This document shows, piece after piece, positions 11,798 to 22,645 of a stretch of 64,000 bases of DNA. The DNA comes from Alphaproteobacteria bacterium (GTDB lineage: Bacteria > Pseudomonadota > Alphaproteobacteria > UBA8317): contig JAYPQH010000001.1 of the NCBI GenBank assembly GCA_038131935.1, positions 1 to 64,000 of the forward strand, in the 5' to 3' direction. The translations under genes and the position numbers were made by a program. Under the pieces are notes generated by a model. The model was not told the origin of the DNA. It searched no databases and saw only the letters and a list, made by a program, of their open reading frames with translations. How positions within the stretch are numbered: the first letter of the stretch is position 1; each line of letters opens with the position of its first letter.

Positions 11798-12595
11798 TTA
11801 TGTGTTGTGAAGATGAGCCCCTATGCGGATAGGCTTCACCGACTTGGCGAGACCATCTGTGCCAACTTCAACCAACACCCCACACAAGGTGCCAGGTCCT
11901 GCAGCAGGCTGAAACCTTCCTTGGCTACGTTTGGTGATGAAACGCTGTAAGGGCTCTGTTTTTTCCATACCAATGACCGAGTCATAATCACCACACATGC
12001 CTGCATCTGTGAGATAAGCCGTACCTTGGGGCAGTATTCGTGCATCAGCTGTGGGCACATGGGTATGTGAACCCACCACCAGAGATACCCTACCATCAAG
12101 CCAGTGACCCATGGCCATTTTTTCCGATGTTGCTTCTGCGTGAACATCTACGATAATCGCGTCAACATCTTGCCCAAGATTGAGACCAGCCAAAGCCTGA
12201 TCGACCGCCTTGAAGGGATCATCTAACGGATCCATGAACAATCGGCCCATGACATTGATCACCAATGTTTGAAATCCGTCATGCTCAATCAAGGTTGCCC
12301 CACGGCCCGGAGTCCCTTCTGGGTAATTGATGGGGCGAATAAGACGCTCTTCCCAAGGCAACATATCCACAACTTCACGTTGATCGAACGCATGATTGCC
12401 AAGGGTTACAACGTCAACACCTGCCTCGCGCAGATCCTGAAAAATTGAGGCGTTGATACCAAACCCACCGGCCGCATTTTCACCGTTGGCCACCACAAAA
12501 TCAAGCTTTTGGGTTTGCCGCAACATAGGCACATGCTCTAAAACCACCTGGCGCCCAGCCCGTCCAACGATATCACCCAAGAACAAAAACTTCAT
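11798..12595 (-). CDS. YmdB-like metallophosphoesterase (TIGR00282 type)
   Basis: GDIVGRAGR, NGENAAGG, TLGNH, DVHAEATSEK, GSHTHVPTAD. Confidence 0.93.
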   Translation of the reverse strand: MKFLFLGDIVGRAGRQVVLEHVPMLRQTQKLDFVVANGENAAGGFGINASIFQDLREAGVDVVTLGNHAFDQREVVDMLPWEERLIRPINYPEGTPGRGATLIEHDGFQTLVINVMGRLFMDPLDDPFKAVDQALAGLNLGQDVDAIIVDVHAEATSEKMAMGHWLDGRVSLVVGSHTHVPTADARILPQGTAYLTDAGMCGDYDSVIGMEKTEPLQRFITKRSQGRFQPAAGPGTLCGVLVEVGTDGLAKSVKPIRIGAHLHNT

Positions 12596-12624
12596 GGATA
12601 CTCCCTTCCCGACTACCACTGCAG

Positions 12625-13191
12625 TCATAAAAGCCGATTGTTGGTTTGCCAACCGGTATCTGTGACCCAGCCATCGAGACAAACATCATGGTCGGATGAT
12701 GGAAGATGACGAACACGTTGATTCCCAAAGCCAGCCCCTATGAGCAAAGGTCGTGGTTGCATGGCAAAGGTTTTATCATAAAACCCAGCTCCATAACCCA
12801 AACGAACACCAGCATGGTCCATTCCCAAAAGAGGTAGGATAACAATTTCTGGATCTACGAGCTCACCAGCTTGTGGTTCCATGACTGAAAATTTACCTTT
12901 TAACAAAGGATCAGAAAATTGAAACGTCACGAACTCAAGGCTTCCCCCACGCATCCTAGGTAATGCAAAGTCATGAATATTGCCCCGCTGGAGAATGGCT
13001 GTAACGTCAAGTTCATGAGGAAGCGGCCAATATAGCCCCACTGTTTTCGGCTGGGTGAAACAGGCAAGCAAACTTTTAAGGTTCACCACGGCTTGTTCAT
13101 GGGCCAATGGATGAGCACGCAAATAGTCCTTGCGTGCTTGACGAAAATATGCGCGCCAATGCCGCTTTCTACAGGCCACATCATCTAACAT
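12625..13191 (-). CDS. ygfA: 5-formyltetrahydrofolate cyclo-ligase
   Basis: RLGYGAGFYDKT, HDVCLDGWVTD; downstream of 6S RNA. Confidence 0.9.
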   Translation of the reverse strand: MLDDVACRKRHWRAYFRQARKDYLRAHPLAHEQAVVNLKSLLACFTQPKTVGLYWPLPHELDVTAILQRGNIHDFALPRMRGGSLEFVTFQFSDPLLKGKFSVMEPQAGELVDPEIVILPLLGMDHAGVRLGYGAGFYDKTFAMQPRPLLIGAGFGNQRVRHLPSSDHDVCLDGWVTDTGWQTNNRLL

Positions 13192-13334
13192 ATTGCTCTT
13201 CACGAACCCCACCCGCGACCTTCAACACCCGTGACCTTCAAAAGGCATGGCTTTAAATTATGAAACCGATCAATTTTTACAACAAATCGTCTGTCCATGG
13301 CTTATTATAATGCCTGGTTGGTTCAAACATTTTT

Positions 13335-13503
13335 GTGACGGGACCAGGTTAGCCGCTGGTATTATGCATGTCCCTCCGTGAGCCTGCCAAGACAGGTGGG
13401 AACCGTGATGTCTGGGGCCACGACCCCGAACAGTGACAGCTCCCTGGAGGATGTTATGGCTCCCGGGGCTTGCGACCTGGCAAACTACCCAGTACCCGCC
13501 ATC
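13335..13503 (-). ncRNA. ssrS: 6S RNA (boundaries approximate)
   Basis: Canonical zapA-6S-ygfA position; ends pair (TGGCGGG/CCCGTCA and CTGGGTAGTT/GGCTAACCTGG); alpha-type core CCCGGGAGCC...AGGGAGCTGTC...TTCCCACCT. Confidence 0.88.
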
Positions 13504-13509
13504 TGTTAT

Positions 13510-13851
13510 TTAGAGTTTGCCAAGCTCTGAGGCAAGCTGTCCAATCACAGAGCGAAGGTTTTTTACACGTTCCACCAAATGTTCCATTTTTTCTTCATCA
13601 TGCACATTGAGGGCCACAGAGGGTGCATGTTGAACATTTGCACCAAGTTTCCTCTCATTTTCGACTTCTTCGGCAAGAATTATGGCAACCATAAGCAACA
13701 ATTGAGCATCTGAAGCCTGCAAACCTTGGCCAACGAGCATATCAATTTTTTGCGATACAGTTCGGCCCAGCAACCCAACAGCTTCCTCTTCGCCAGCAGC
13801 ACAGCCAACAGGATAAGGACGCCCTCTTATCAAAACATCAACTTGTGCCAT
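13510..13851 (-). CDS. zapA: Cell division protein ZapA
   Basis: MAQVDVLIRGRPYPVGCAAGEE...LLLMVAIILAEE followed by a coiled coil. Confidence 0.88.
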   Translation of the reverse strand: MAQVDVLIRGRPYPVGCAAGEEEAVGLLGRTVSQKIDMLVGQGLQASDAQLLLMVAIILAEEVENERKLGANVQHAPSVALNVHDEEKMEHLVERVKNLRSVIGQLASELGKL

Positions 13852-14050
13852 GGCTACCACCGTCGTCCGGTTCGCATTGTTCGAGTACTTTTTCTATTTT
13901 ATCGATCGCTTCATCAAGTTGAGATTTGATAATCGCACGCTCGATATGGGTTGGTTGATTCGCAACCATATGATTGACGGCGTCACGCAAATCCATGACA
14001 GCGTTCTCTAATTCGTCCATATGATGAGCCAACATGTCAATTGTCGCCAT
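13838..14050 (-). CDS. Short coiled-coil protein upstream of zapA (ZauP/DUF4164-like by position)
   Basis: 70 aa, helical heptad pattern, overlaps the zapA start; same position as the alphaproteobacterial zapA partner gene. Confidence 0.6.
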   Translation of the reverse strand: MATIDMLAHHMDELENAVMDLRDAVNHMVANQPTHIERAIIKSQLDEAIDKIEKVLEQCEPDDGGSHGTS

Positions 14051-14280
14051 GAGCACAGGATCCCTCGCACCATTTGATAAGCAAAATCGCGTATTTTTGA
14101 ACCAATCGCAAGAGGTTTACGAAGACCCAACGCTTCATGTGGGTTCAGATTTATACCTTTAGGGTCTTTTCCCTTCACTGAAGACAGGTTAACAACCATC
14201 CTATTCATGCAAAAGTCATTGGCTACAAATGCTCATGTGAGGAGTTAGGGCCAGTGGGGAATTCGGAGAAACCAAAAACG

Positions 14281-16252
14281 ATGTCTCAAACTGTCACCAA
14301 ACTTGAGATGGCCAACGCCATTAGATTCCTAGCAATCGACGCCATCGACGCCGCCAAATCAGGCCATCCTGGTCTTCCTATGGGCATGGCTGATGCTGCA
14401 ACATGTTTATTCACCAACCATCTTCGCTTTGACCCACAAGACCCACAATGGCCCAATAGAGACAGATTTGTTTTAAGTGCCGGCCATGGCTCAATGCTTT
14501 TGTATGCGCTGCTTTATTTGGTAGGGACCAAAGATATTTCTTTAGATGATCTGCGTTCTTTCCGCCAATTACACGCCAAAACACCTGGGCATCCTGAATA
14601 TGGAGAAACAGCTGGTGTGGAAACAACCACAGGACCTCTTGGACAAGGCCTCGCCACAGCCGTAGGGATGGCACTATCTGAAGAGATGGCCCGCGCACGA
14701 TTGGGAGAGCAAGCGGTAAGCCATTACACCTATGTTATCGCAGGTGATGGATGTCTGATGGAGGGTATTTCTCAAGAAGCCATTTCTTTTGCAGGTCACC
14801 ATCAGCTTGGCCGCCTTATTGTTATGTTTGACGACAACAATATTTCTATCGATGGAGACACCTCTATTGCCACCTCTGAAGATCAATTGGCACGCTTTCG
14901 CGCTTGTGGCTGGGAGGTCCTCGCAGTGGATGGCCATGATAGCACTGCAGTAGATGAAGCCTTGCATCAGGCAAAACAATCAGCGCAACCAACCCTTATT
15001 GCCTGCCGAACAACCATCGGTTTTGGTTCTCCAGGACGCGCAGGTACAGCATCCGCCCATGGCGCTCCATTAGGGGAAGACGAATCAAAAGCAACGCGCG
15101 AAGCATTGAATTGGCCCCATGATCGGTTTGTCATTCCCGACAACATTCGCCAGTCGTGGCTTAAGGCAGGTCAACGATCGGTAGCCGAAGCAGAAGCATG
15201 GCGCACCTTTATCAAAGATCATGATTTAAATGATGCCTTCCAGAGCACCTCCCGTGAGCTGACGAATACCTGTCGTGATGCATTGGCTCAGCATAGAAGA
15301 GAACTGATCGCGCAACAGCCCAAAATGGCTACACGTGTAGCCTCACAGAAAGCGCTTGAAGTCATCAACCCCAACCTACCTTGCGTCATTGGCGGATCAG
15401 CTGATTTAACGGGATCAAACAATACCAAAACCGCAGGAATGGAATCGGTCACCCCCGAACATCGCGAAGGTCGATACATCCATTATGGTGTGCGTGAACA
15501 TGGGATGGCAGCCATCATGAACGGTTTGGCATTGCATGGACATTTTACCCCCTATGGCGGCACATTTTTGGTTTTTACGGATTATTGTCGTCCAGCCATT
15601 CGCCTCTCAGCACTCATGAAGCAGCGGGTTATCTATGTAATGACCCATGACTCTATAGGCCTTGGGGAAGATGGTCCAACCCACCAGCCAGTGGAGCATG
15701 TCTCTTCACTGCGCGCCATGCCCGGCGTGTTGGTCTTAAGACCTGCGGATGCCGTCGAAACCGCAGAAGCCTGGGAATTGGCTCTAGCCCATGAAGGCCC
15801 CAGCATCCTATGCCTAACCCGACAGGGACTACCGACCTTACGCACAGAGGATGGATCCAATATGACAGCAAAAGGCGCATACAGCGTCAAAGAACCTGAA
15901 CATTCTCATCAAGCAACATTGCTTGCGACGGGTTCAGAGGTGTCCATCATGTTGGAGGCAGCAGCAACGTTGGAGCAGCAAGGGATTGGAACCAGGGTTG
16001 TTTCCATGCCTTGTTTTGAGCTGATTGACGCCCCTATACGATCATTCAGGGAACAATTTATAGGATCTGCAAAAAGCGGTGGTTGCTATGGAAGCAGCAA
16101 GTTCCTGGGGATGGGAAAAATATGTTGGTGATCAGGGTAAGATCTTGGCTATGGAAAGTTTTGGGGCGAGTGCGCCTTACCAAGATTTGTATCAACATTT
16201 TGGTTTAACGGCAGATCATGCTGTAGCTGCTGTACAAGACATGTTATCGTAA
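14281..16252 (+). CDS. tkt: Transketolase (frameshift at A-run ~16071-16075)
   Basis: SGHPG, GDGCLMEG, THDSIGLGEDGPTHQP; the shifted frame gives the expected C-terminus AVVAMEAASSWGWEKYV...FGASAPYQDLYQHFGLT ending TAA at 16250-16252. Confidence 0.97.
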
Positions 16253-16279
16253 GAAGAGTGTTAAGGAGAGGAAATATCT

Positions 16280-17287
16280 ATGAGTATCAATGTTGCAATT
16301 AATGGTTTTGGACGGATTGGACGATTGGTTCTTCGTGCCATAATGGAGTCTGGACGCGATGACATCAAAGTTGTCGCCATCAACGACCTAGGATCTGTTG
16401 AAACCAATGCACATCTGTTCAAATATGATACCGTCCATGGACGTTTCTCTGGGGACGTCACAACCCATCAAGGCAATTTGGTTGTCAACGGACATGAGAT
16501 TGCTGTCTGTGCAGAACGTGATCCAGCAAACCTGCCTTGGGGTCAACATCAGGTTGATGTTGCTATGGAATGTACTGGGATTTTCACCAAGCGCGCCGAT
16601 GCTTCAAAACATCTGCAGGCAGGTGCAAATAAAGTTCTCATTTCAGCACCCGCTAGTGATGAAGACTTAACCGTTGTTTATGGTGTGAACCATGATAAAC
16701 TTTCAGCTTCCCACCAAATCGTCTCAAATGCTTCATGCACAACCAATTGCCTGGCTCCAGTTGCAAGTGTTTTGCAGTCATTGTGCGGCATTGAGCATGG
16801 TTTTATGACAACCATTCATGCATATACTGGTGATCAGCGAACTGTCGACACGATGCATAGCGACTTACATAGGGCGAGGACAGCAGCGCAAAATATCATA
16901 CCTACAAGCACAGGTGCTGCAAAAGCCGTTGGCAAAGTTTTACCTGAATTACTCGGAAAATTAGATGGTACTGCTGTGCGCGTACCCACCCCCAACGTCT
17001 CACTGGTAGATCTTAAATGTGTGGTCTCACGTGCAGTCACCGTTGAAGAAATTTGCGCAGCCATGACCGAAGCAAGCCAAGGGCATCTGGCAGGTGTTTT
17101 GGGTGTGTATGATGAACCTTTGGTCTCCTCTGATTTTAATCACGACCCACGCTCTAGTGTATTTGCACTGAAAGAAACCAAAGTTATTGATGGCACGTTC
17201 GTTAGGGTCATGAGTTGGTATGACAATGAATGGGGCTTTTCAAACCGAATGGGCGATACCGCAGTGGCCATGATGAAAGCCAACTAA
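16280..17287 (+). CDS. gap: Glyceraldehyde-3-phosphate dehydrogenase type I
   Basis: INGFGRIGR, ASCTTNCL, WYDNEWGF; AGGAG RBS. Confidence 0.98.
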   Translation: MSINVAINGFGRIGRLVLRAIMESGRDDIKVVAINDLGSVETNAHLFKYDTVHGRFSGDVTTHQGNLVVNGHEIAVCAERDPANLPWGQHQVDVAMECTGIFTKRADASKHLQAGANKVLISAPASDEDLTVVYGVNHDKLSASHQIVSNASCTTNCLAPVASVLQSLCGIEHGFMTTIHAYTGDQRTVDTMHSDLHRARTAAQNIIPTSTGAAKAVGKVLPELLGKLDGTAVRVPTPNVSLVDLKCVVSRAVTVEEICAAMTEASQGHLAGVLGVYDEPLVSSDFNHDPRSSVFALKETKVIDGTFVRVMSWYDNEWGFSNRMGDTAVAMMKAN

Positions 17288-17288
17288 T

Positions 17289-18485
17289 ATGGATATCCGC
17301 ACCCTTCATGATGCCGACATGACCCATAAAGTGGTCATGACACGATTGGATCTTAATGTTCCTGTCAACGACAAACGTGAGGTAACGGATACAACCAGGA
17401 TCACAAGGTCTGTTCCGACCCTTCGTCATATTCTTGATGCCGGCGGAAAACCTGTCATCATGAGTCATTTTGGAAGACCAAAAGGCAAAATGGTAGCTGG
17501 GATGTCTATGCGCTTTTTGACCCAAACATTAGAGAGACATCTTAATACCCGGGTACAATTTGCGGATGATAGTATAGGAGGAGCTGCCCAACGTGCCATC
17601 GCGGCAGCTCAACCTGGTGAGGTGGTGTTGCTAGAAAACACACGCTTTCATCCTGGCGAAGAGAAAAATGACCCAGACTATGCTCGTCAGCTAGCAGATT
17701 TGGGGGATATTTTTGTTCCTGATGCCTTTTCATGTGCACATCGTGCACATGCATCCACCGAGGGCATAGCCGCTTATCTGCCTAGCTATGCGGGTGTAGC
17801 TATGGCCACTGAAATCCAAGCACTGCAAGCTGCGTTGGCAACGCCAAAGCGTCCGGTTTTGGCAGTTGTCGGTGGCGCTAAGATTTCGACAAAGCTTCCT
17901 GTTCTGCGCCATCTTGTCACTAAGGTTGATGGTCTCATCATCGGCGGCGGGATGGCAAATACTTTCCTTCTTCAACGCGGCGTTCAGATAGGAAACTCTT
18001 TGGCTGAACCAGATATGATTGGTTTGGTTGAACAGATCCAAGATGCAGCAATTCAATCTGGCTGCCGCATTATTCTCCCTATCGATGTACGATGTGCACG
18101 AGCGTTTCAGGCTGGAGCAGATTACCGAGATGTGTCTGTTGATGCCGTGGCCGATGATGAAATGATCTTGGATGCAGGTCCAAAGACCGTAGCATTGCTG
18201 GAACAAGAATTTGATCAAGCCGCCACGGTACTTTGGAACGGGCCCTTGGGGGCATTTGAAATCCCCCCTTTTGACCATGCCACAAAGGCCGCTGCACAAT
18301 ATGTTGCCAAACGTACAAACGAAAAAAAGCTAACTTCAGTAGCTGGTGGCGGAGACACAGTCGCAGCTCTTGCCGCAGCTGATGCGGATGAGGCCTTTAG
18401 CTATGTATCAACAGCTGGAGGTGCATTTTTGGAGTGGCTTGAAGGAAAAACACTACCCGGCGTAGCTATTCTTTATCAATCTTGA
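17289..18485 (+). CDS. pgk: Phosphoglycerate kinase
   Basis: RLDLNVP, SHFGRP, LLENTRF, WNGPLG, STAGGAFLE. Confidence 0.98.
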   Translation: MDIRTLHDADMTHKVVMTRLDLNVPVNDKREVTDTTRITRSVPTLRHILDAGGKPVIMSHFGRPKGKMVAGMSMRFLTQTLERHLNTRVQFADDSIGGAAQRAIAAAQPGEVVLLENTRFHPGEEKNDPDYARQLADLGDIFVPDAFSCAHRAHASTEGIAAYLPSYAGVAMATEIQALQAALATPKRPVLAVVGGAKISTKLPVLRHLVTKVDGLIIGGGMANTFLLQRGVQIGNSLAEPDMIGLVEQIQDAAIQSGCRIILPIDVRCARAFQAGADYRDVSVDAVADDEMILDAGPKTVALLEQEFDQAATVLWNGPLGAFEIPPFDHATKAAAQYVAKRTNEKKLTSVAGGGDTVAALAAADADEAFSYVSTAGGAFLEWLEGKTLPGVAILYQS

Positions 18486-18493
18486 GGAGCATT

Positions 18494-19510
18494 ATGATGA
18501 ACAAAGATAAACTCATCACCATTTCAGAGAAAATTATGGCCAATGGCAGAGGAATCCTCGCTGCTGATGAATCAACAGGCACCATAAAAAAACGTTTTGA
18601 TCAAATCGGTGTGGCATCTACAGAGGCTTCTCGAAACGGCTACCGGGAAATGTTGTTCCGGGCACCTGATTTTGGCGAATCAATCTCTGGGGTCATTTTG
18701 TATGATGAGCAATTTCGTGGGCTAGCTAAGGATGGAACACCCTTGCGTGAGCTTATTGCCCAGCAAGATGCTGTGCCAGGTATTAAGGTTGATAAAGGTG
18801 CAAAAAATTTGGCTGGAAAGCCTGGAGAGCAAATCACTGAAGGATTGGATGGGTTGCGTGAGCGCTTTGCTGAATATGCTGATCTTGGTGCTGGATTCGC
18901 CAAATGGCGGGCCGTGATCAACATTCAGGGACATATTCCTTCGCTTGGCGCCATCCGTGCCAATGCAGAAGCACTCGCCCGCTATGCTGCATTATCGCAA
19001 GAGGCAGGCATTGTTCCTATTGTGGAGCCTGAGGTGATTATGGATGGAAGTCATGATATCGATCGCTGCGATGAGGTAACTTCTGCAAGCTTAAAATCGC
19101 TCTATGAAGCATTATTTGATGCGGGGGTTTTCCTCGAAGGAACCTTACTTAAACCCAACATGGTCATTTCTGGGACAGACGCTCCTGTTCGCGCAAACGC
19201 AGAGGAAGTTGCTGACCGGACCGTCGCATGCTTGAAACGACATGTACCTTCTGCCGTTCCTGGCATCGTATTTCTATCTGGTGGGCAGACAGAACGGGAA
19301 GCAACCGAGCATCTGCATCTCATGAACCAACGCCATGATTGCCCTTGGCCATTGTCATTTTCCTATGGCCGTGCCTTACAGAAGGAAGCTTTGCAGGTCT
19401 GGCAAGGCAAACCCGAAAATGAAGGCGCTGCACAGGAAGCCTTTATTCACCGCGCCAAAATGAACAGGCTTGCGGCATTAGGGCAATGGTCATCAGGCTA
19501 TGAGCATTGA
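18494..19510 (+). CDS. Fructose-bisphosphate aldolase class I
   Basis: GILAADES, AKWRAV, VPIVEPEV, LLKPNMV (Schiff-base Lys), FLSGGQ, FSYGRALQ. Confidence 0.97.
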   Translation: MMNKDKLITISEKIMANGRGILAADESTGTIKKRFDQIGVASTEASRNGYREMLFRAPDFGESISGVILYDEQFRGLAKDGTPLRELIAQQDAVPGIKVDKGAKNLAGKPGEQITEGLDGLRERFAEYADLGAGFAKWRAVINIQGHIPSLGAIRANAEALARYAALSQEAGIVPIVEPEVIMDGSHDIDRCDEVTSASLKSLYEALFDAGVFLEGTLLKPNMVISGTDAPVRANAEEVADRTVACLKRHVPSAVPGIVFLSGGQTEREATEHLHLMNQRHDCPWPLSFSYGRALQKEALQVWQGKPENEGAAQEAFIHRAKMNRLAALGQWSSGYEH

Positions 19511-20043
19511 ACGAATTTGAGACCCCTTACGGACATGACATCACTTTTGTGATTGATGCCCAACATGAAGAACTTAAAAATCACCAAACCACATTCCCAT
19601 GGGCGGAGTTGTTCGCCCATGGGTTGGTAGCCGCAGTGCTTGATGCGCCTGCAGGACATCCACTCAATCGTCATGCTGAAACCTATGGTGTTGCGAGAAT
19701 ACGTCGTGATGTGCTTGGTCCTGATGGTATCCTCTTGTCAGCGTTGGGAGATGTTAAAAGGTGGCGCCAGACACTTCCACAAGACAAAGTAATTGGTTCA
19801 CTCATTCAAGACAGTAAGCATGAGGGTATGCTTGCAGCAGAACATGGCGCGGATTTTGTGGTTCTTATCTCGGATGATGAAGAACGTCGCCGGGAATACA
19901 TCACTTGGTGGACCGCATTGATGAATTGCAGCCTAGCGGTGCCATATCATCCGTCATCTCGGCCAAGCCCAGACGACACCCCAGACATGCTTTTGCTAAC
20001 CCCCGAACAAGTCCTTGCGGTCTGCAACCCCAAGAAGGCATAA
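19507..20043 (+). CDS. Divergent thiamine-phosphate-synthase (ThiE)-like protein
   Basis: HEGMLAAEHGADFV and WWTALM segments resemble the ThiE-like protein often found before efp in alphaproteobacteria; canonical ThiE motifs not evident. Confidence 0.55.
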   Translation: MNEFETPYGHDITFVIDAQHEELKNHQTTFPWAELFAHGLVAAVLDAPAGHPLNRHAETYGVARIRRDVLGPDGILLSALGDVKRWRQTLPQDKVIGSLIQDSKHEGMLAAEHGADFVVLISDDEERRREYITWWTALMNCSLAVPYHPSSRPSPDDTPDMLLLTPEQVLAVCNPKKA

Positions 20044-20076
20044 GGCAACAAAAGATGAATAGATTTCAAGGAATAT

Positions 20077-20643
20077 ATGATGAAAATTAATGGCAACGAG
20101 ATAAGGCCTGGTAACGTTATATTGCATAAAAATGAATTATGGGCAGCGGTAAAAGTACAGCATGTCAAACCAGGCAAAGGTGGGGCATTTGCGCAAGTGG
20201 AACTCAAAAGTCTTACAGGGAACACCAAACTTAATGAGCGCTTTAGGTCCGCAGAAACAGTGGAGCGCGTGCGATTGGAACAAAATGACTACCAATATTT
20301 GTATGAAAGTGATGACATGTTGGTATTCATGGATCAAACTAGCTATGAGCAGATTGAACTTGCCATGGATTTTGTTGGTGAGCGGGCAAAATTCCTGCAA
20401 GATGGCATGGTTGTTACCGTTGAAAGTTATGAGGGAAAACCTCTAGGCATCAATCTTCCAGCTCAAGTAACACTAACGGTGAGCGAAACTGAGCCTGTGG
20501 TTAAAGGGCAAACAGCGGCATCAAGTTATAAGCCTGCCATTTTGGAAAATGGTGTTCGGGTCATGGTTCCACCATTCATAAACAGTGGAGAACGCATTGT
20601 GGTCGGAACTGAAGAGCTTGAATATGTGGGTCGGGCAGACTGA
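20077..20643 (+). CDS. efp: Elongation factor P
   Basis: [27 protein letters not shown]. Confidence 0.98.
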   Translation: MMKINGNEIRPGNVILHKNELWAAVKVQHVKPGKGGAFAQVELKSLTGNTKLNERFRSAETVERVRLEQNDYQYLYESDDMLVFMDQTSYEQIELAMDFVGERAKFLQDGMVVTVESYEGKPLGINLPAQVTLTVSETEPVVKGQTAASSYKPAILENGVRVMVPPFINSGERIVVGTEELEYVGRAD

Positions 20644-21434
20644 TGCGCACAGCCTTAGTCAATGTAATGGAACGGGCTGCAAGGCGCGCAGCTCGGGGTT
20701 TGGTTCGCGACTTTGGTGAGCTGGAGTCTTTGCAAATCACCAAGAAGGGAACGGCAGATTTTGTGAGCAATGCGGATAAGGCTGCTGAGGCCATTATTCG
20801 TGATGAGTTAGAAACTGCACGTCCTAGATTTGGTTTTTTAATGGAGGAGAGTGGAACCATTGAGGGTTCAGATCCAGACCATCGCTGGATTGTAGACCCA
20901 TTAGATGGCACCACAAATTTTCTTCATGGCCTTCCACATTTTGCGATATCTATTGCACTTGAGCATTCGGGCAGGATCATTTCTGGGGTTATCTATGACC
21001 CCATCAAGGATGAATTATTCTGGGCGGAAAGAGGCAAAGGTGCTTTTATGAACGACCGGAGATTGCGGGTTTCGCCCACAAGGCAGCTCACCGAAAGTGT
21101 GTTGGCAACGGGCATACCTTTTGCGGGTCGGAAAGGTGGCCCGGAGTTCATGCAAGATATGGCTCGTGTTATGCCTGCGGTGGCTGGCATCCGCCGATTT
21201 GGTGCGGCAGCGCTGGATTTGGCTTATGTGGCAGCGGGACGTTATGAAGGCTTTTTCGAACGCTATCTTTCCTATTGGGATATCGCGGCTGGTATTTTGC
21301 TTGTTCGCGAAGCTGGTGGTATTGTGACTGATATTCAAGGTGGTGGTCGTGTTGTTGAGACGGGACATATTCTCGCGGCTAATGATATGATACATCCACA
21401 AATGGTAAGACTGTTGAAACAAGAGAAAACCTAG
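20643..21434 (+). CDS. suhB: Inositol monophosphatase SuhB
   Basis: WIVDPLDGTTNFLHG, RRFGAAALDLAYVAAGR, WDIAAG. Confidence 0.95.
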   Translation: MRTALVNVMERAARRAARGLVRDFGELESLQITKKGTADFVSNADKAAEAIIRDELETARPRFGFLMEESGTIEGSDPDHRWIVDPLDGTTNFLHGLPHFAISIALEHSGRIISGVIYDPIKDELFWAERGKGAFMNDRRLRVSPTRQLTESVLATGIPFAGRKGGPEFMQDMARVMPAVAGIRRFGAAALDLAYVAAGRYEGFFERYLSYWDIAAGILLVREAGGIVTDIQGGGRVVETGHILAANDMIHPQMVRLLKQEKT

Positions 21435-21483
21435 AACATACTCTATACTTGGAGATGATAGATGGTTGGCATGGCGGGACAAG

Positions 21484-22643
21484 ATGAGCGAGATTGACCA
21501 AAAACTCGAACTCGCGAGGCCTAATAGAGCACTGGTGCGCATGCTTTTTGCGCTTGTTGCAGTCGCCGTTGGCATCTCCGTTTTCTTCAGCACGTTGCTC
21601 AATATCTGGGAAGCCAACTTAGCATTAAATAGCCTTATTATCTTGGGGCTTATCAGCGGCATTGCTTATTGTTTTGTTAAAGTCTTTGAATTGCGGATAG
21701 CTGTGAATTGGTTAACCAGCTATGCGCATAGTCAAGATGAAGCAACGCTTGCAGCTGCACCCAATATCCTTGTGCCGATGGCCCGTTTGATAAGATATGA
21801 CCATCAAGGCAAGCCCCTACTCTTTCCGCACCTTGCCAATGGAATTTTGGATTCCGTAGAAGGTAGGCTCGCTGAGATCCGAGATATATCAGGCTACATG
21901 CGTAACCTACTTGTTTTTCTTGGTTTATTGGGAACGTTTTGGGGATTAATCCTTACCATTCAAGGTGTCCTTCAAGCGATAGATGGCCTTGATTTGGCCA
22001 ATCAAGAATTGGTGGATGCCTTTACCACCATGAAGAATAATCTTCAAAAACCAATGCAAGGTATGGCGACAGCTTTTGGCACGTCACTTACAGGCTTGGG
22101 GGGATCCCTTATCCTCGGATTTTTGATTTACAATTAGGTCGCGCACAGAACAACTTTTACAATCACATGGAAGAGTGGCTCTCTGGACAAGTACGCATGG
22201 AGTCCCAAAGCCTTGGTGTTTCTGGCGGCAGCTCGGCTTATCTTGAAGCCTTAGTAGAACAAACTGCTGAGGGCTTGAATCAAACACGTCGTCTTCTGCT
22301 GCAAATGAGAGAGGATCGCCACAATGTTGAACAGAACTTGGCTGTTCTCGCTGAGGATATTCGTGCCCTAGCAAGCCATATTGATGACGTGGGACGCGGA
22401 TCTGCCCAAAACGCCATACAATCACAAGAAATGCGCCATACCCTAGATAAATTAATTTCAACGTTGAACAGCCGACAAGAAGAGGAAGACGCAAGCACCG
22501 CCATTCTCCGAAGCATTGATAGAAGATTGGCAAAAGCAGGTGACAGCCCAAGAGAAGATTTATCACAACTTACAGAAACCATTACCGAGGAATTGCGGTT
22601 GCTCACCAAAACCATGGCTTCGATCTTCAAAGGTTATACATAG
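21484..22643 (+). CDS. MotA/TolQ/ExbB-family ion-channel protein with long C-terminal coiled-coil tail (frameshift at T-run 22120-22124)
   Basis: TM motifs LVFLGLLGTFWGLI and GMATAFGTSLTGLGGSLILGF; one added base gives LGF-x-DLQLGRAQNNFYNHMEEWLS, joining ORFs 21466-22137 and 22167-22643. Confidence 0.85.
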
Positions 22644-22645
22644 CC

